A stretch of DNA of 20,000 nucleotides from an uncultured virus (IMG/VR IMGVR_UViG_3300030406_000618) (IMGVR_UViG_3300030406_000618); one strand, 5' to 3'; shown: positions 9,379-16,367, numbered from the stretch's first letter. Translations and numbers: made by a program. Notes: generated by a model from the sequence alone, not told the origin.

Positions 9379-9489
9379 TTATTTTCCTTTTATTACTTTA
9401 CTTAAAGTCTGTGCTTGTTTTTTATGTGAATTAGAAGCTTTCTTTAAACCTTTAATTACTTTTTTTATTGTCTTAATTTTCTTTTTCAT
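9379..9489 (-). CDS. Small Lys-rich protein (36 aa)
   Basis: Hand-translated MKKKIKTIKKVIKGLKKASNSHKKQAQTLSKVIKGK; GGAGG SD and TAATG coupling. Confidence 0.65.
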   Translation of the reverse strand: MKKKIKTIKKVIKGLKKASNSHKKQAQTLSKVIKGK

Positions 9490-9662
9490 TATCTATATCC
9501 TCCACCTTTTGCTTTATATTGTTTAGCTAACATCTGAGCCTTCCTTGCTGACCATTGCCCAGGCTTTCCTCCTTTTCCTCCAGCTTTAATACGATTAAAT
9601 AAACTTTTTCTCATTCCAGGCTTGGTATAATTACCTGCCTCATTGACTTTACTCTTTACCAT
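9489..9662 (-). CDS. Basic protein resembling the N-terminal half of DUF5872-type proteins (57 aa)
   Basis: Hand-translated MVKSKVNEAGNYTKPGMRKSLFNRIKAGGKGGKPGQWSARKAQMLAKQYKAKGGGYR. Confidence 0.75.
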   Translation of the reverse strand: MVKSKVNEAGNYTKPGMRKSLFNRIKAGGKGGKPGQWSARKAQMLAKQYKAKGGGYR

Positions 9663-9937
9663 TTTGATTTATTAGCCCAAAACGCAGCTGACATCTTGCC
9701 TTTGGCTATATTTTTTCGATGTCTAGCTTTAAATGATTTTCTTTTCATTTTCATTCTCTTAGACTCTCCTGCTTTTGGTTTACCAGCTGTACTAGCTCCC
9801 TGTTCACCATATCTAATAGTTTTTATTTTATTGCCTTCTTTGGCGACTACGACATGAGATTTTTTAGGATGATTAGGGGTACGTTTAGGTTTGTTATATC
9901 CAGATACACCTATCCTTTTTAAAAGGCTTTGGCTCAT
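9656..9937 (-). CDS. Conserved Lys/Arg-rich phage protein
   Basis: 93 aa with 'KSHVVVAK..IRYGEQG', 'RKSFKARH' and 'SAAFWANKSKW' motifs; ATGA overlap. Confidence 0.75.
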   Translation of the reverse strand: MSQSLLKRIGVSGYNKPKRTPNHPKKSHVVVAKEGNKIKTIRYGEQGASTAGKPKAGESKRMKMKRKSFKARHRKNIAKGKMSAAFWANKSKW

Positions 9938-10284
9938 TTTATACTAATCAATAAATTACTAGGATCTTTTATTGCAGATAATAAACCATTAGCAAACTTT
10001 TTATAACTATTAGTCATTTTTTTTACACCAATAGTATTAAAGTTATCTACATTGTTCATCATAGCTTTAAAACCTAAAGCACCAGTATCTTTAAGAAATG
10101 AATTCTTTAATGTAGATTTATTATAACCTATCTCTTTAAATGTATTAACTTGTTTATCAGATAAACCAGACCAATACTTATTAAAAACGTCATTATCTTC
10201 CATTAACCTTATTAATTCTTTCTCTTTTATCTTTTTTGATGTGTTTTTTGCACCAGGCAACATTGATTGTCTTGTTTTAACCAT
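9934..10284 (-). CDS. Hypothetical basic protein
   Basis: 116 aa ORF heading the Lys-rich cluster. Confidence 0.7.
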   Translation of the reverse strand: MVKTRQSMLPGAKNTSKKIKEKELIRLMEDNDVFNKYWSGLSDKQVNTFKEIGYNKSTLKNSFLKDTGALGFKAMMNNVDNFNTIGVKKMTNSYKKFANGLLSAIKDPSNLLISIK

Positions 10285-10290
10285 AAACGT

Positions 10291-10318
10291 ACTTTACCCA
10301 AAAAAAAAATATATTCAA
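10291..10318 (-). promoter_or_regulatory. Candidate sigma70 promoter giving a leaderless mRNA
   Basis: TTGAAT (10318-10313), 16-nt spacer containing T10, TAAAGT (10296-10291), 6 nt, then ATG at 10284; no SD. Confidence 0.4.
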
Positions 10319-10542
10319 CGCTGTTTGTAGTGTTCATAACATAGAAAATAATAACTACCTACCTCGTTCTTGATATGAAACGGAGCAAATTCTCCACACT
10401 CACAACAACGACAATACTTAATGTGTTCTTTATGTGTCCATTTTAGTATTTGTAACAGATTGTAACACGGACCTTTTTCGCTATTAATGTGAGTAGAGGA
10501 CCTTTCTCTGTGCTGTCGCTCCTGTTTTCTAACCCCCCTCAT
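10315..10542 (-). CDS. Small zinc-finger-like protein (start uncertain)
   Basis: C-terminal half has CCEC...LCYEH (CxxC/CxxH). The N-terminal part looks less protein-like. Confidence 0.45.
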   Translation of the reverse strand: MRGVRKQERQHRERSSTHINSEKGPCYNLLQILKWTHKEHIKYCRCCECGEFAPFHIKNEVGSYYFLCYEHYKQR

Positions 10543-10926
10543 CTAATCTAGGTCTATCTTGATAGAGAGATTTCCTCCTACACTGTGCTGTACCTTATCA
10601 GGAGCTTTGAACCCACTCCTATCTAGGATGTCCTTCGACGCCTCTAGCTTCACGTAATCAGACTTCGCATCTTGTGCGAGTCTTACGATAGTCTTGACTG
10701 CTGGGATAGCTCCCACCAGACCTATCTCTGCTATACGTGAGCGGTAGTACTCTTGTACCTTTGGAAGTCGTAGCGTCTTACTAGCAGTAACTCTACCAGC
10801 TTCTCCCTTTGCATATCCTGCTATTTGACTAGCTTTTGCTACGGAGCAACCTTCTGCTACGAGGGTATCAATTAGCTTACGTTGTTTGTTTGTAAGACCA
10901 TCAGGTCCTTTTATGTGACTGCCCAT
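10543..10926 (-). CDS. terS: Terminase small subunit
   Basis: Likely start is MGSHIKG at 10926 rather than 11079. HTH segment 'LTNKQRKLIDTL..GCSVAKASQIAGY...ASKTLRLPKVQEY', then 'VKLEASKDILDRSG' and a C-terminal beta strand. Confidence 0.8.
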   Translation of the reverse strand: MGSHIKGPDGLTNKQRKLIDTLVAEGCSVAKASQIAGYAKGEAGRVTASKTLRLPKVQEYYRSRIAEIGLVGAIPAVKTIVRLAQDAKSDYVKLEASKDILDRSGFKAPDKVQHSVGGNLSIKIDLD

Positions 10927-10931
10927 AACGA

Positions 10932-10961
10932 TAGATACCTTGCTACGGTTTATGTTGTCAA
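10932..10961 (-). promoter_or_regulatory. Candidate late-operon promoter
   Basis: Perfect TTGACA (10961-10956), 18-nt spacer, TATCTA (10937-10932), 5 nt, then the terS ATG; no SD. Confidence 0.45.
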
Positions 10962-10978
10962 GTGAAAAATTGTAAACA

Positions 10979-11422
10979 AACGAGAGATGTTCCCTCTCTC
11001 GTGCTCTCTCCCTAGTGGGATGATCTAGGATCATCAGTTTAAAAGGTAAATAAAATTGACTTATTAGCGTAATAGCCATGACTAGTTGTCATGTCTATCA
11101 GTACGCCCATGTATCTCTAGTTCGCTCTGCTCCCAAGAGCTACTATGTTTCTCAGTCGAGCTGAGAATAACAAGCAATCCAATTTTATTTTTACTCTCTC
11201 TCGATAATGCTCCATTCGTGGCGACAGAGTTAGGGGGGGTATCAGCTATGTACACGCCACGAACTACCAGTAGATTCTTTCACCAGTCAAGCCATAAAGG
11301 CTCTCGGTGCAACAAGTTGCTTGACGTTTATATCACTTCGTGAAGCGATCAAACAACTGGTCGCACTGACTGTCTTAGAATCTATGGTTGCTAAAGTGGG
11401 CATTAACGAGAGATCGACTCTC
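10979..11422 (+). ncRNA. Large structured intergenic element (ncRNA, 5' leader or origin)
   Basis: Many nested stems, e.g. 11048-11058/11180-11190 (11 bp perfect), 11197-11212/11398-11413, 11216-11224/11255-11263 and 11271-11278/11377-11384. G-U pairs favour the + strand. Confidence 0.55.
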
Positions 11423-11444
11423 ATCATATCAAAGGAGATATACA

Positions 11445-11804
11445 ATGAAGATAACAAGTAACAAAATATATGTAGTTCACACACAATACTATGAGGATTA
11501 CAATATGGAGGCTTCATCATGGAATGAAGGATATTACAAATTTAAAGGAGGAGATACATACTTCCTCTTTGGATTTGACAAAATGGCTACAGCAGTAGCA
11601 TTTGTACATAAGGAATTATGTTATCCAACTGAGTTTCCATCTGGCTACGATGAAATGACATATGATGAAGCAGAAAAATTATATGCTGAGTACACGGAGC
11701 ATGGAGGTGAGGTAAAGAAAATAGACTTACATCAGTGGATGGAGTTGAATGATGGAGGAAGAACGCATAGCGTATCAAAAGATGAAGGAGGCAGAAATGC
11801 ATAA
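11445..11804 (+). CDS. First early gene; conserved phage hypothetical protein
   Basis: AAGGAG SD then ATG at 11445 (MKITSNK...); 'HTQYYEDY...YKFKGGDTY' motif. Confidence 0.75.
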   Translation: MKITSNKIYVVHTQYYEDYNMEASSWNEGYYKFKGGDTYFLFGFDKMATAVAFVHKELCYPTEFPSGYDEMTYDEAEKLYAEYTEHGGEVKKIDLHQWMELNDGGRTHSVSKDEGGRNA

Positions 11805-11976
11805 TCCATTGGAAAAAGAAGCATGTGATATCATAGATAGAATTAGATATCTTGAGGAATCAGGTGCACCTAAGGATGAAATTGATCTTGAAAGACAAAG
11901 ACTTCAAGGAACAATGTATGGTAAAGAACTAGAATACAATGATGTAGAGGAGGTAAATTATGTCATACACAAATAA
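11797..11976 (+). CDS. Hypothetical acidic protein
   Basis: AGGAGG SD before ATG 11797 (MHNPLEK...). Confidence 0.65.
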   Translation: MHNPLEKEACDIIDRIRYLEESGAPKDEIDLERQRLQGTMYGKELEYNDVEEVNYVIHK

Positions 11977-12472
11977 ACCAAGACACCTAGATACGGATGA
12001 AGCTAACATCCAAGCCATTACTATGGTAGCTAACCAAGATTGGTATCAGATACTAGGACATCTTGTTGATGAAACATCTGATGTAGATGTCAATTACTCA
12101 CAGTTATTATTGTGGCAGATATACAATTCATCCAAACGATCTGTGTTTTCATTCAGCTTCAATGCACAGTATTACAAAGATAAACAGATGAATAGTTATC
12201 AGGTTGATAGGGAGTCCACATCAGGACAAGAGATAGCTGAAACCAATGCAAACTACATGGTTTTACAAGGTAAAACATGGAACGCATTGGCTGAGAAATA
12301 CAAAGCTATCAATGAAGCTAGTATCAAACTATATGAAATGTTGTACCAACAACATCCAAAAGATAGGAAGATCACCAAAGTAAGTAAAGGTGAAATGAGA
12401 ACACTAGCTGACATGACACCAGAGGAAGTCAAAAGAATTACTGAGGTGAATAATCAGATGTTCGGATACTAA
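11960..12472 (+). CDS. Hypothetical protein
   Basis: 170 aa, GGAGG SD. Confidence 0.75.
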   Translation: MSYTNKPRHLDTDEANIQAITMVANQDWYQILGHLVDETSDVDVNYSQLLLWQIYNSSKRSVFSFSFNAQYYKDKQMNSYQVDRESTSGQEIAETNANYMVLQGKTWNALAEKYKAINEASIKLYEMLYQQHPKDRKITKVSKGEMRTLADMTPEEVKRITEVNNQMFGY

Positions 12473-12489
12473 TCTGAAATAATATTTCA

Positions 12490-12529
12490 GCTAGTGGGGT
12501 TTATACCCCATTAGCAAAAATTTTTTTTT
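12490..12529 (+). terminator. Probable terminator ending the first early unit
   Basis: GCTAGTGGGGT-TTAT-ACCCCATTAGC (11 bp, one G-U) followed by A5 then T9; the T-run is displaced from the stem. Confidence 0.55.
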
Positions 12530-12549
12530 CAGCGAGGACCAGGGGTATG

Positions 12550-12578
12550 TTGAATATACCGAGCACTCGTGTTACAAT
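12550..12578 (+). promoter_or_regulatory. Sigma70 promoter with extended -10
   Basis: TTGAAT, 17-nt spacer ending TGT, TACAAT; AT-rich tract upstream; SD and ATG 12596 follow. Confidence 0.65.
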
Positions 12579-12595
12579 AAAAAGAAGGAGATAAG

Positions 12596-12904
12596 ATGAT
12601 CAAATCAAAAGTAGCATTTGATGCAGCAGAACGTGCAGCATCATGGGGGGTAAAAAAAATAACAGGTGGTAAATTTTCTGCCTATGCTGAGTATATCGGA
12701 ACATTCTTTCTGATCTACTGTGGCTTAGGTGGTGGCTTTATTGCTATGTGTTTATTCCTTGGTATCAATCCAACATTAGTTGTGTCAGTAGTAGCTGCAC
12801 CAATATGGATTGGTATTGTATTTCTAACTAACAATCTAACTAAGATAGCAGTACATCTAAAGGATGTTGATAGTAATCCAACATCTAAAAGAAAGAAGAA
12901 GTAA
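12596..12904 (+). CDS. Small inner-membrane protein (2 predicted TM helices)
   Basis: 102 aa; two long hydrophobic segments and a basic C-tail; AGGAG SD. Confidence 0.75.
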   Translation: MIKSKVAFDAAERAASWGVKKITGGKFSAYAEYIGTFFLIYCGLGGGFIAMCLFLGINPTLVVSVVAAPIWIGIVFLTNNLTKIAVHLKDVDSNPTSKRKKK

Positions 12905-13194
12905 TGTCCTTGTTAAGGAAAATACAAGACAGTGATATACCACCATCAGATTATGAAGGTGATACTCTAGATGATGTAGCACTAGATTATCTGATGAAGG
13001 TATATGATGAGAATAAATTTGTAGGATTTGATACATGGGAAGAACTAAAAGAAAACTGCTATATATCAATGTTGCAAGGAGGATATCCATTTAGACTAAA
13101 AGATGAAATCTATGAAGTTGTTGATGATGCAATCAGAGATGACTATCCAGATCCAGGCTATGAGGATATACCGAAGGAGGAAGATGATGACTAA
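12904..13194 (+). CDS. Highly acidic protein (candidate DNA mimic)
   Basis: 96 aa; hand count of 29 D/E versus 9 K/R; TAATG coupling. Confidence 0.7.
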   Translation: MSLLRKIQDSDIPPSDYEGDTLDDVALDYLMKVYDENKFVGFDTWEELKENCYISMLQGGYPFRLKDEIYEVVDDAIRDDYPDPGYEDIPKEEDDD

Positions 13195-13402
13195 TCTGTT
13201 AGATAGGAATGTCATAGAAAATATACTGACTGATCTTGGTAAATGTCAGGAGGAGTCAGGTGTTATCATGACTGATGCTAAGTATGTGTTTGAAGCATCA
13301 CAAAATTTAGAGGATCGTATCAAAGATATAAGTGATCGTTTAAATAAACTAATTGAAACTTGGGAGGAACGAGATGACTACAAGAAAGCAAATGCACGTT
13401 GA
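13187..13402 (+). CDS. Hypothetical coiled-coil protein
   Basis: AGGAGG SD at 13175-13180 favours a start at 13187 (or 13184). Confidence 0.65.
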   Translation: MTNLLDRNVIENILTDLGKCQEESGVIMTDAKYVFEASQNLEDRIKDISDRLNKLIETWEERDDYKKANAR

Positions 13403-13553
13403 ATTAAGTGTATCAGTACCTTGCTTCAGATGTAATGGACTAGGTGTGATACCATGGGGTGATGCTCCTGATGAATGTGATCAATGTGAAGAATGTGAAG
13501 GACATGGTGAATGGCTGGAAAAAGTAGACATGAAGGAGGAAAATAATGAGTGA
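13374..13553 (+). CDS. DnaJ-type zinc-finger microprotein
   Basis: Two CxxCxGxG repeats (CFRCNGLG, CEECEGHG); GGAGG SD before ATG 13374. Confidence 0.7.
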   Translation: MTTRKQMHVELSVSVPCFRCNGLGVIPWGDAPDECDQCEECEGHGEWLEKVDMKEENNE

Positions 13554-13800
13554 TTCTATGAAAGTATTACAACTTAGATGGATTGAATCAGTACAAAAGA
13601 TGTATGATGCTCTTGATAAAGATGTAGTAAAGTATGGTAAATATAAATTTGATGAGGTTGTATTAGTACATAACGAAATGATAACACAACTCTGTTCTAC
13701 TATAGATAATATAGAAGAAGAATTAATTAAGACAACTCATACGATTAAGTATTTGAATGAAGCAGCAGTAAAACTAAAGGAGGCTATCAAAAATGGGTAG
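13546..13800 (+). CDS. Hypothetical coiled-coil protein
   Basis: 84 aa, AGGAGG SD, overlaps both neighbours. Confidence 0.7.
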   Translation: MSDSMKVLQLRWIESVQKMYDALDKDVVKYGKYKFDEVVLVHNEMITQLCSTIDNIEEELIKTTHTIKYLNEAAVKLKEAIKNG

Positions 13801-14203
13801 ATATTACGAAGGCGATATAGAAGGTAAGTTCTGGTTTGGTGTACAATCTAGTGATGATGCAGATTTTTTTGGACAACAAGGATTTCAACCAGAGTGGCTT
13901 GAATATTTCTTTGATGAAAAAGACTTGGAAAAAATACAGAAAGGTGTAGATACTTGTCTAACAAAACTTGGTGATAAGAAAAAATTATTAGATGATTTCT
14001 TTGAAAGAGTAGAAGGTTATACAAGAGAAGAAGTATGTAAGGTATTAGATGTACCAGTACCAAAAGTAGGTATGTCAATACAAGATCATAACAAAAGTAA
14101 ATACCATTATTATTTAGAATGGTATGCACGATATGAACTAGGTAAGAAGATACTAGATCGTGTTAAATCAAATGGTTTCTGTTCGTTTAGAGCAGAAATA
14201 TAA
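13793..14203 (+). CDS. Conserved phage hypothetical protein
   Basis: 136 aa; 'MGRYYEGDIEGKFWFGVQSSDDADFFG' N-terminus; AGGAGG SD. Confidence 0.75.
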   Translation: MGRYYEGDIEGKFWFGVQSSDDADFFGQQGFQPEWLEYFFDEKDLEKIQKGVDTCLTKLGDKKKLLDDFFERVEGYTREEVCKVLDVPVPKVGMSIQDHNKSKYHYYLEWYARYELGKKILDRVKSNGFCSFRAEI

Positions 14204-14208
14204 GTTTA

Positions 14209-14585
14209 ACTGGGTGCATTGGTCTTTGTAGCAGTGAGTGAAAGAAAGCTGATAGGCTTGGTAAGACAAGTTAGCGTAAAGAGGGTGAGACCTACCTCTG
14301 CCCAGTAAAAAGTTTCCGTATGGAACTGTGTAGGAAAGACATAAGGTAGTAAGCGTAAAGCTAAAGCTGGTGGCTACACGCCTACACAGAAAGTTTCGTG
14401 ATACTGAGTAGCTCTCGGTATCGGCTGACTGAACAACTCTTTAACAGAGGGGTAAGGTACACTTGAGATGAAGTATGGGCAAATGCCTGAGGTACTCGAA
14501 GGTGGTTGTAAGTAGGCAAATGATGAATGTATATCTGTAGCTGAAAGCATGAGGGTAATAACACTAATCCCTCGCCCTTGGCGAA
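14209..14585 (+). ncRNA. Candidate large structured ncRNA (about 380 nt)
   Basis: 400-nt gap in a tightly packed operon, GC-richer than the flanks. Stems at 14209-14215/14300-14306, 14326-14334/14381-14389, 14400-14408/14414-14422, 14433-14438/14504-14509 and 14551-14555/14569-14573, with many G-U pairs and A-rich junctions. Confidence 0.65.
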
Positions 14586-14603
14586 TGTAACAAAGGAGGA
14601 AAT

Positions 14604-15407
14604 ATGTTACCACAAGAACTAATGTTTCAGGTACGTGAAGAACCTGTATATAACCAACATGGCTCAAGGCTAGATGGCTACAAGCAGTTGGTTAAAGACG
14701 AGAACAACGAACTGATTGCAGTTCACAAGAACACATACCGAGTCATATCACATGACACAGTATATGATAAAGCTAAAGATTTTCTAACAGATAACTTTAA
14801 CACCAATGGTATGACTGAGGAACACAAATGGTCTAACCATGGTGCTGTAATGGCTACTAGATTCTCTTTACCAGAGTATCAGATACCATTCAAAGATACT
14901 TCTATTGGTCTAGAAGCTGTAGTATGGAACAGCTACAATGGTATGCGTTCATTTAGATTTGATCTAGGTTTCTACCTGTGGTTATGTCTTAATGGACTCA
15001 AGAATTCGGTATGGGATATCAGTTTGAATACTGCACACAAAGGTAGTGGTGAGATTAAACTAGCATTACCTGGTGGTTATGCAGCTCTTGATGGACTACA
15101 AACTGTATATAACTACATGACTAACTGGTTAGAAACACCAGTACAAGACTATGAATTATATAGTGAAATAGATAGATTGTGCTATCAGCCAACACGTACT
15201 GACAAGAGTCATGTCAATCAACAACATAGAAATTATATTGTAGATCAGTATGAAAACAATTATGCAAAGACATATGGACCTAATAAATTCAGTGCATATC
15301 AAGCAATTACACACTGGAGTACACATTATCCTAGCGATTCCGTAAATACTCGTTATGATAGAGAAAGGAAAGTGTCTAACATGGCTTGGTTTAGCCAAGC
15401 AGCGTAG
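14604..15407 (+). CDS. DUF932 family protein
   Basis: 267 aa with 'YRVISH', 'NSYNGMRSF', 'LCLNG', 'H' and 'AYQAITHWSTH' motifs; AGGAGG SD. Confidence 0.8.
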   Translation: MLPQELMFQVREEPVYNQHGSRLDGYKQLVKDENNELIAVHKNTYRVISHDTVYDKAKDFLTDNFNTNGMTEEHKWSNHGAVMATRFSLPEYQIPFKDTSIGLEAVVWNSYNGMRSFRFDLGFYLWLCLNGLKNSVWDISLNTAHKGSGEIKLALPGGYAALDGLQTVYNYMTNWLETPVQDYELYSEIDRLCYQPTRTDKSHVNQQHRNYIVDQYENNYAKTYGPNKFSAYQAITHWSTHYPSDSVNTRYDRERKVSNMAWFSQAA

Positions 15408-15413
15408 AGATTA

Positions 15414-15458
15414 GATGGGAGTGCACTTCTTCATCTTATTCCTCCTCGTACTCCCATC
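15414..15458 (+). ncRNA. Hairpin A with anti-SD/anti-AUG loop (candidate antisense sRNA)
   Basis: 11-bp stem GATGGGAGTGC/GTACTCCCATC; loop ACTTCTTCATCTTATTCCTCCTC. Confidence 0.55.
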
Positions 15459-15503
15459 CTTCAATCAATGAATCATGTAACTAAATTAACAAAGGAGAGC
15501 TTT

Positions 15504-15632
15504 GTGATAGAAAAATGTAAATCATGTAATAGAAAGTATACAAGGGCTATGCTTATAGATTTTCAACAAGCTAGATTTTGTATAAAATGTTTTAATAGGA
15601 GAGGATATGAAAACAAAAACAAGAATAGTTAA
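15504..15632 (+). CDS. Zinc-finger microprotein (42 aa)
   Basis: Hand-translated from GTG after AAGGAG: MIEKCKSCNRKYTRAMLIDFQQARFCIKCFNRRGYENKNKNS; two CxxC motifs. Confidence 0.6.
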   Translation: MIEKCKSCNRKYTRAMLIDFQQARFCIKCFNRRGYENKNKNS

Positions 15633-15891
15633 GAAACTATGGAAGGGTATGTATATTTCACTTAGAGATTACGAAATCCAACAAGCTATTGATAAGAACT
15701 ACACTATCCAGGCAGTTCATAAAGGTGAAGTAATGATGCTTACACCATCAAGATTAAAAGATATTGATTTATCTATAGGAACTCCACAGAAATCAGTGTA
15801 TAGTGGTAAGTCTTATAGACTAATAGATGTGAGGTGGAATCCATATGACAGATCAGATAAATCCGAGTCATTACAAGCAAGGAACAATTGA
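15607..15891 (+). CDS. Hypothetical protein
   Basis: 94 aa, AGGAG SD. Confidence 0.7.
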   Translation: MKTKTRIVKKLWKGMYISLRDYEIQQAIDKNYTIQAVHKGEVMMLTPSRLKDIDLSIGTPQKSVYSGKSYRLIDVRWNPYDRSDKSESLQARNN

Positions 15892-16045
15892 AACATATGA
15901 TTTTATAATGGACAAAGAACTATCGTATCCTCTGGGTAATGTTGTGAAATATATTATAAGGCACAAACATAAAGGAGGAGTTGTAGATCTACAAAAAGCT
16001 ATGTGGTATCTACAACGAGCAATAGATGACTACGATAGACGTTAA
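15845..16045 (+). CDS. DUF3310 (SaV/T7 gp1.7-like) protein
   Basis: 'INPSHY..G.IE', 'GNVVKYIIR..HKGGVVDLQKAMWYL' signature. Confidence 0.88.
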   Translation: MTDQINPSHYKQGTIETYDFIMDKELSYPLGNVVKYIIRHKHKGGVVDLQKAMWYLQRAIDDYDRR

Positions 16046-16367
16046 ACTTTTAGTAAGAAAATTTGCAAGTGATAGTAAGCTACGTAATAGACCGAAGAAA
16101 AATTATAATATGTCCGATCCAATGCAACGTAAGCAGTGGTGGATTGATAAGGTTTGTTACTTTTGTTATCTCAAGCATGATAAAGAAACTGCCCAGGCAT
16201 TACATATTGAGCTTACTAAACCGTATGTACATCCAACAGCCAAAGCTATGGCAAAAGAACTTTGGTCTGATAAGAAAAGATTTGACGAAATAATAACGAG
16301 GAGGACAAATGAATATACACAAGCAAAAGAAAGTTATAGACAGAAGTCAAGGAATCGGAGGAAGTGA
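16026..16367 (+). CDS. Hypothetical basic protein
   Basis: 113 aa; overlaps both neighbours in operon fashion. Confidence 0.65.
   Translation: MTTIDVKLLVRKFASDSKLRNRPKKNYNMSDPMQRKQWWIDKVCYFCYLKHDKETAQALHIELTKPYVHPTAKAMAKELWSDKKRFDEIITRRTNEYTQAKESYRQKSRNRRK

Noticed and set aside
8739..9489. Three ORFs of exactly 111 nt as a duplicated unit
   Set aside because: No sequence similarity among them beyond Lys richness; the equal length is probably coincidence.
11086..11520. ORFs 11086-11343 (+) and 11287-11520 (-), and the 5' extensions of terS and the 11388 ORF
   Set aside because: No SD, atypical composition, and they overlie the structured element.
14209..14585. Group I/II intron, tRNA, tmRNA, RNase P, CRISPR or TIGR array as the identity of this element
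   Set aside because: No interrupted gene, no catalytic-core or T-loop/CCA signatures were recognised, and there is no regularly spaced repeat-spacer pattern.
14374..14667. Minus-strand ORFs 14374-14667 and 14382-14564
   Set aside because: Antisense to the operon, with no SD or protein motifs; they overlap the candidate RNA and DUF932.
15411..15434. Minus-strand mini-ORF MKKCTPI with a strong SD, and the similar TTG-started KKVSPPN at 18110-18136
   Set aside because: They are antisense to the operon, no promoter was seen, and the stems' G-U pairs form only on the + strand. They are better explained as antisense loops, though not formally excluded.
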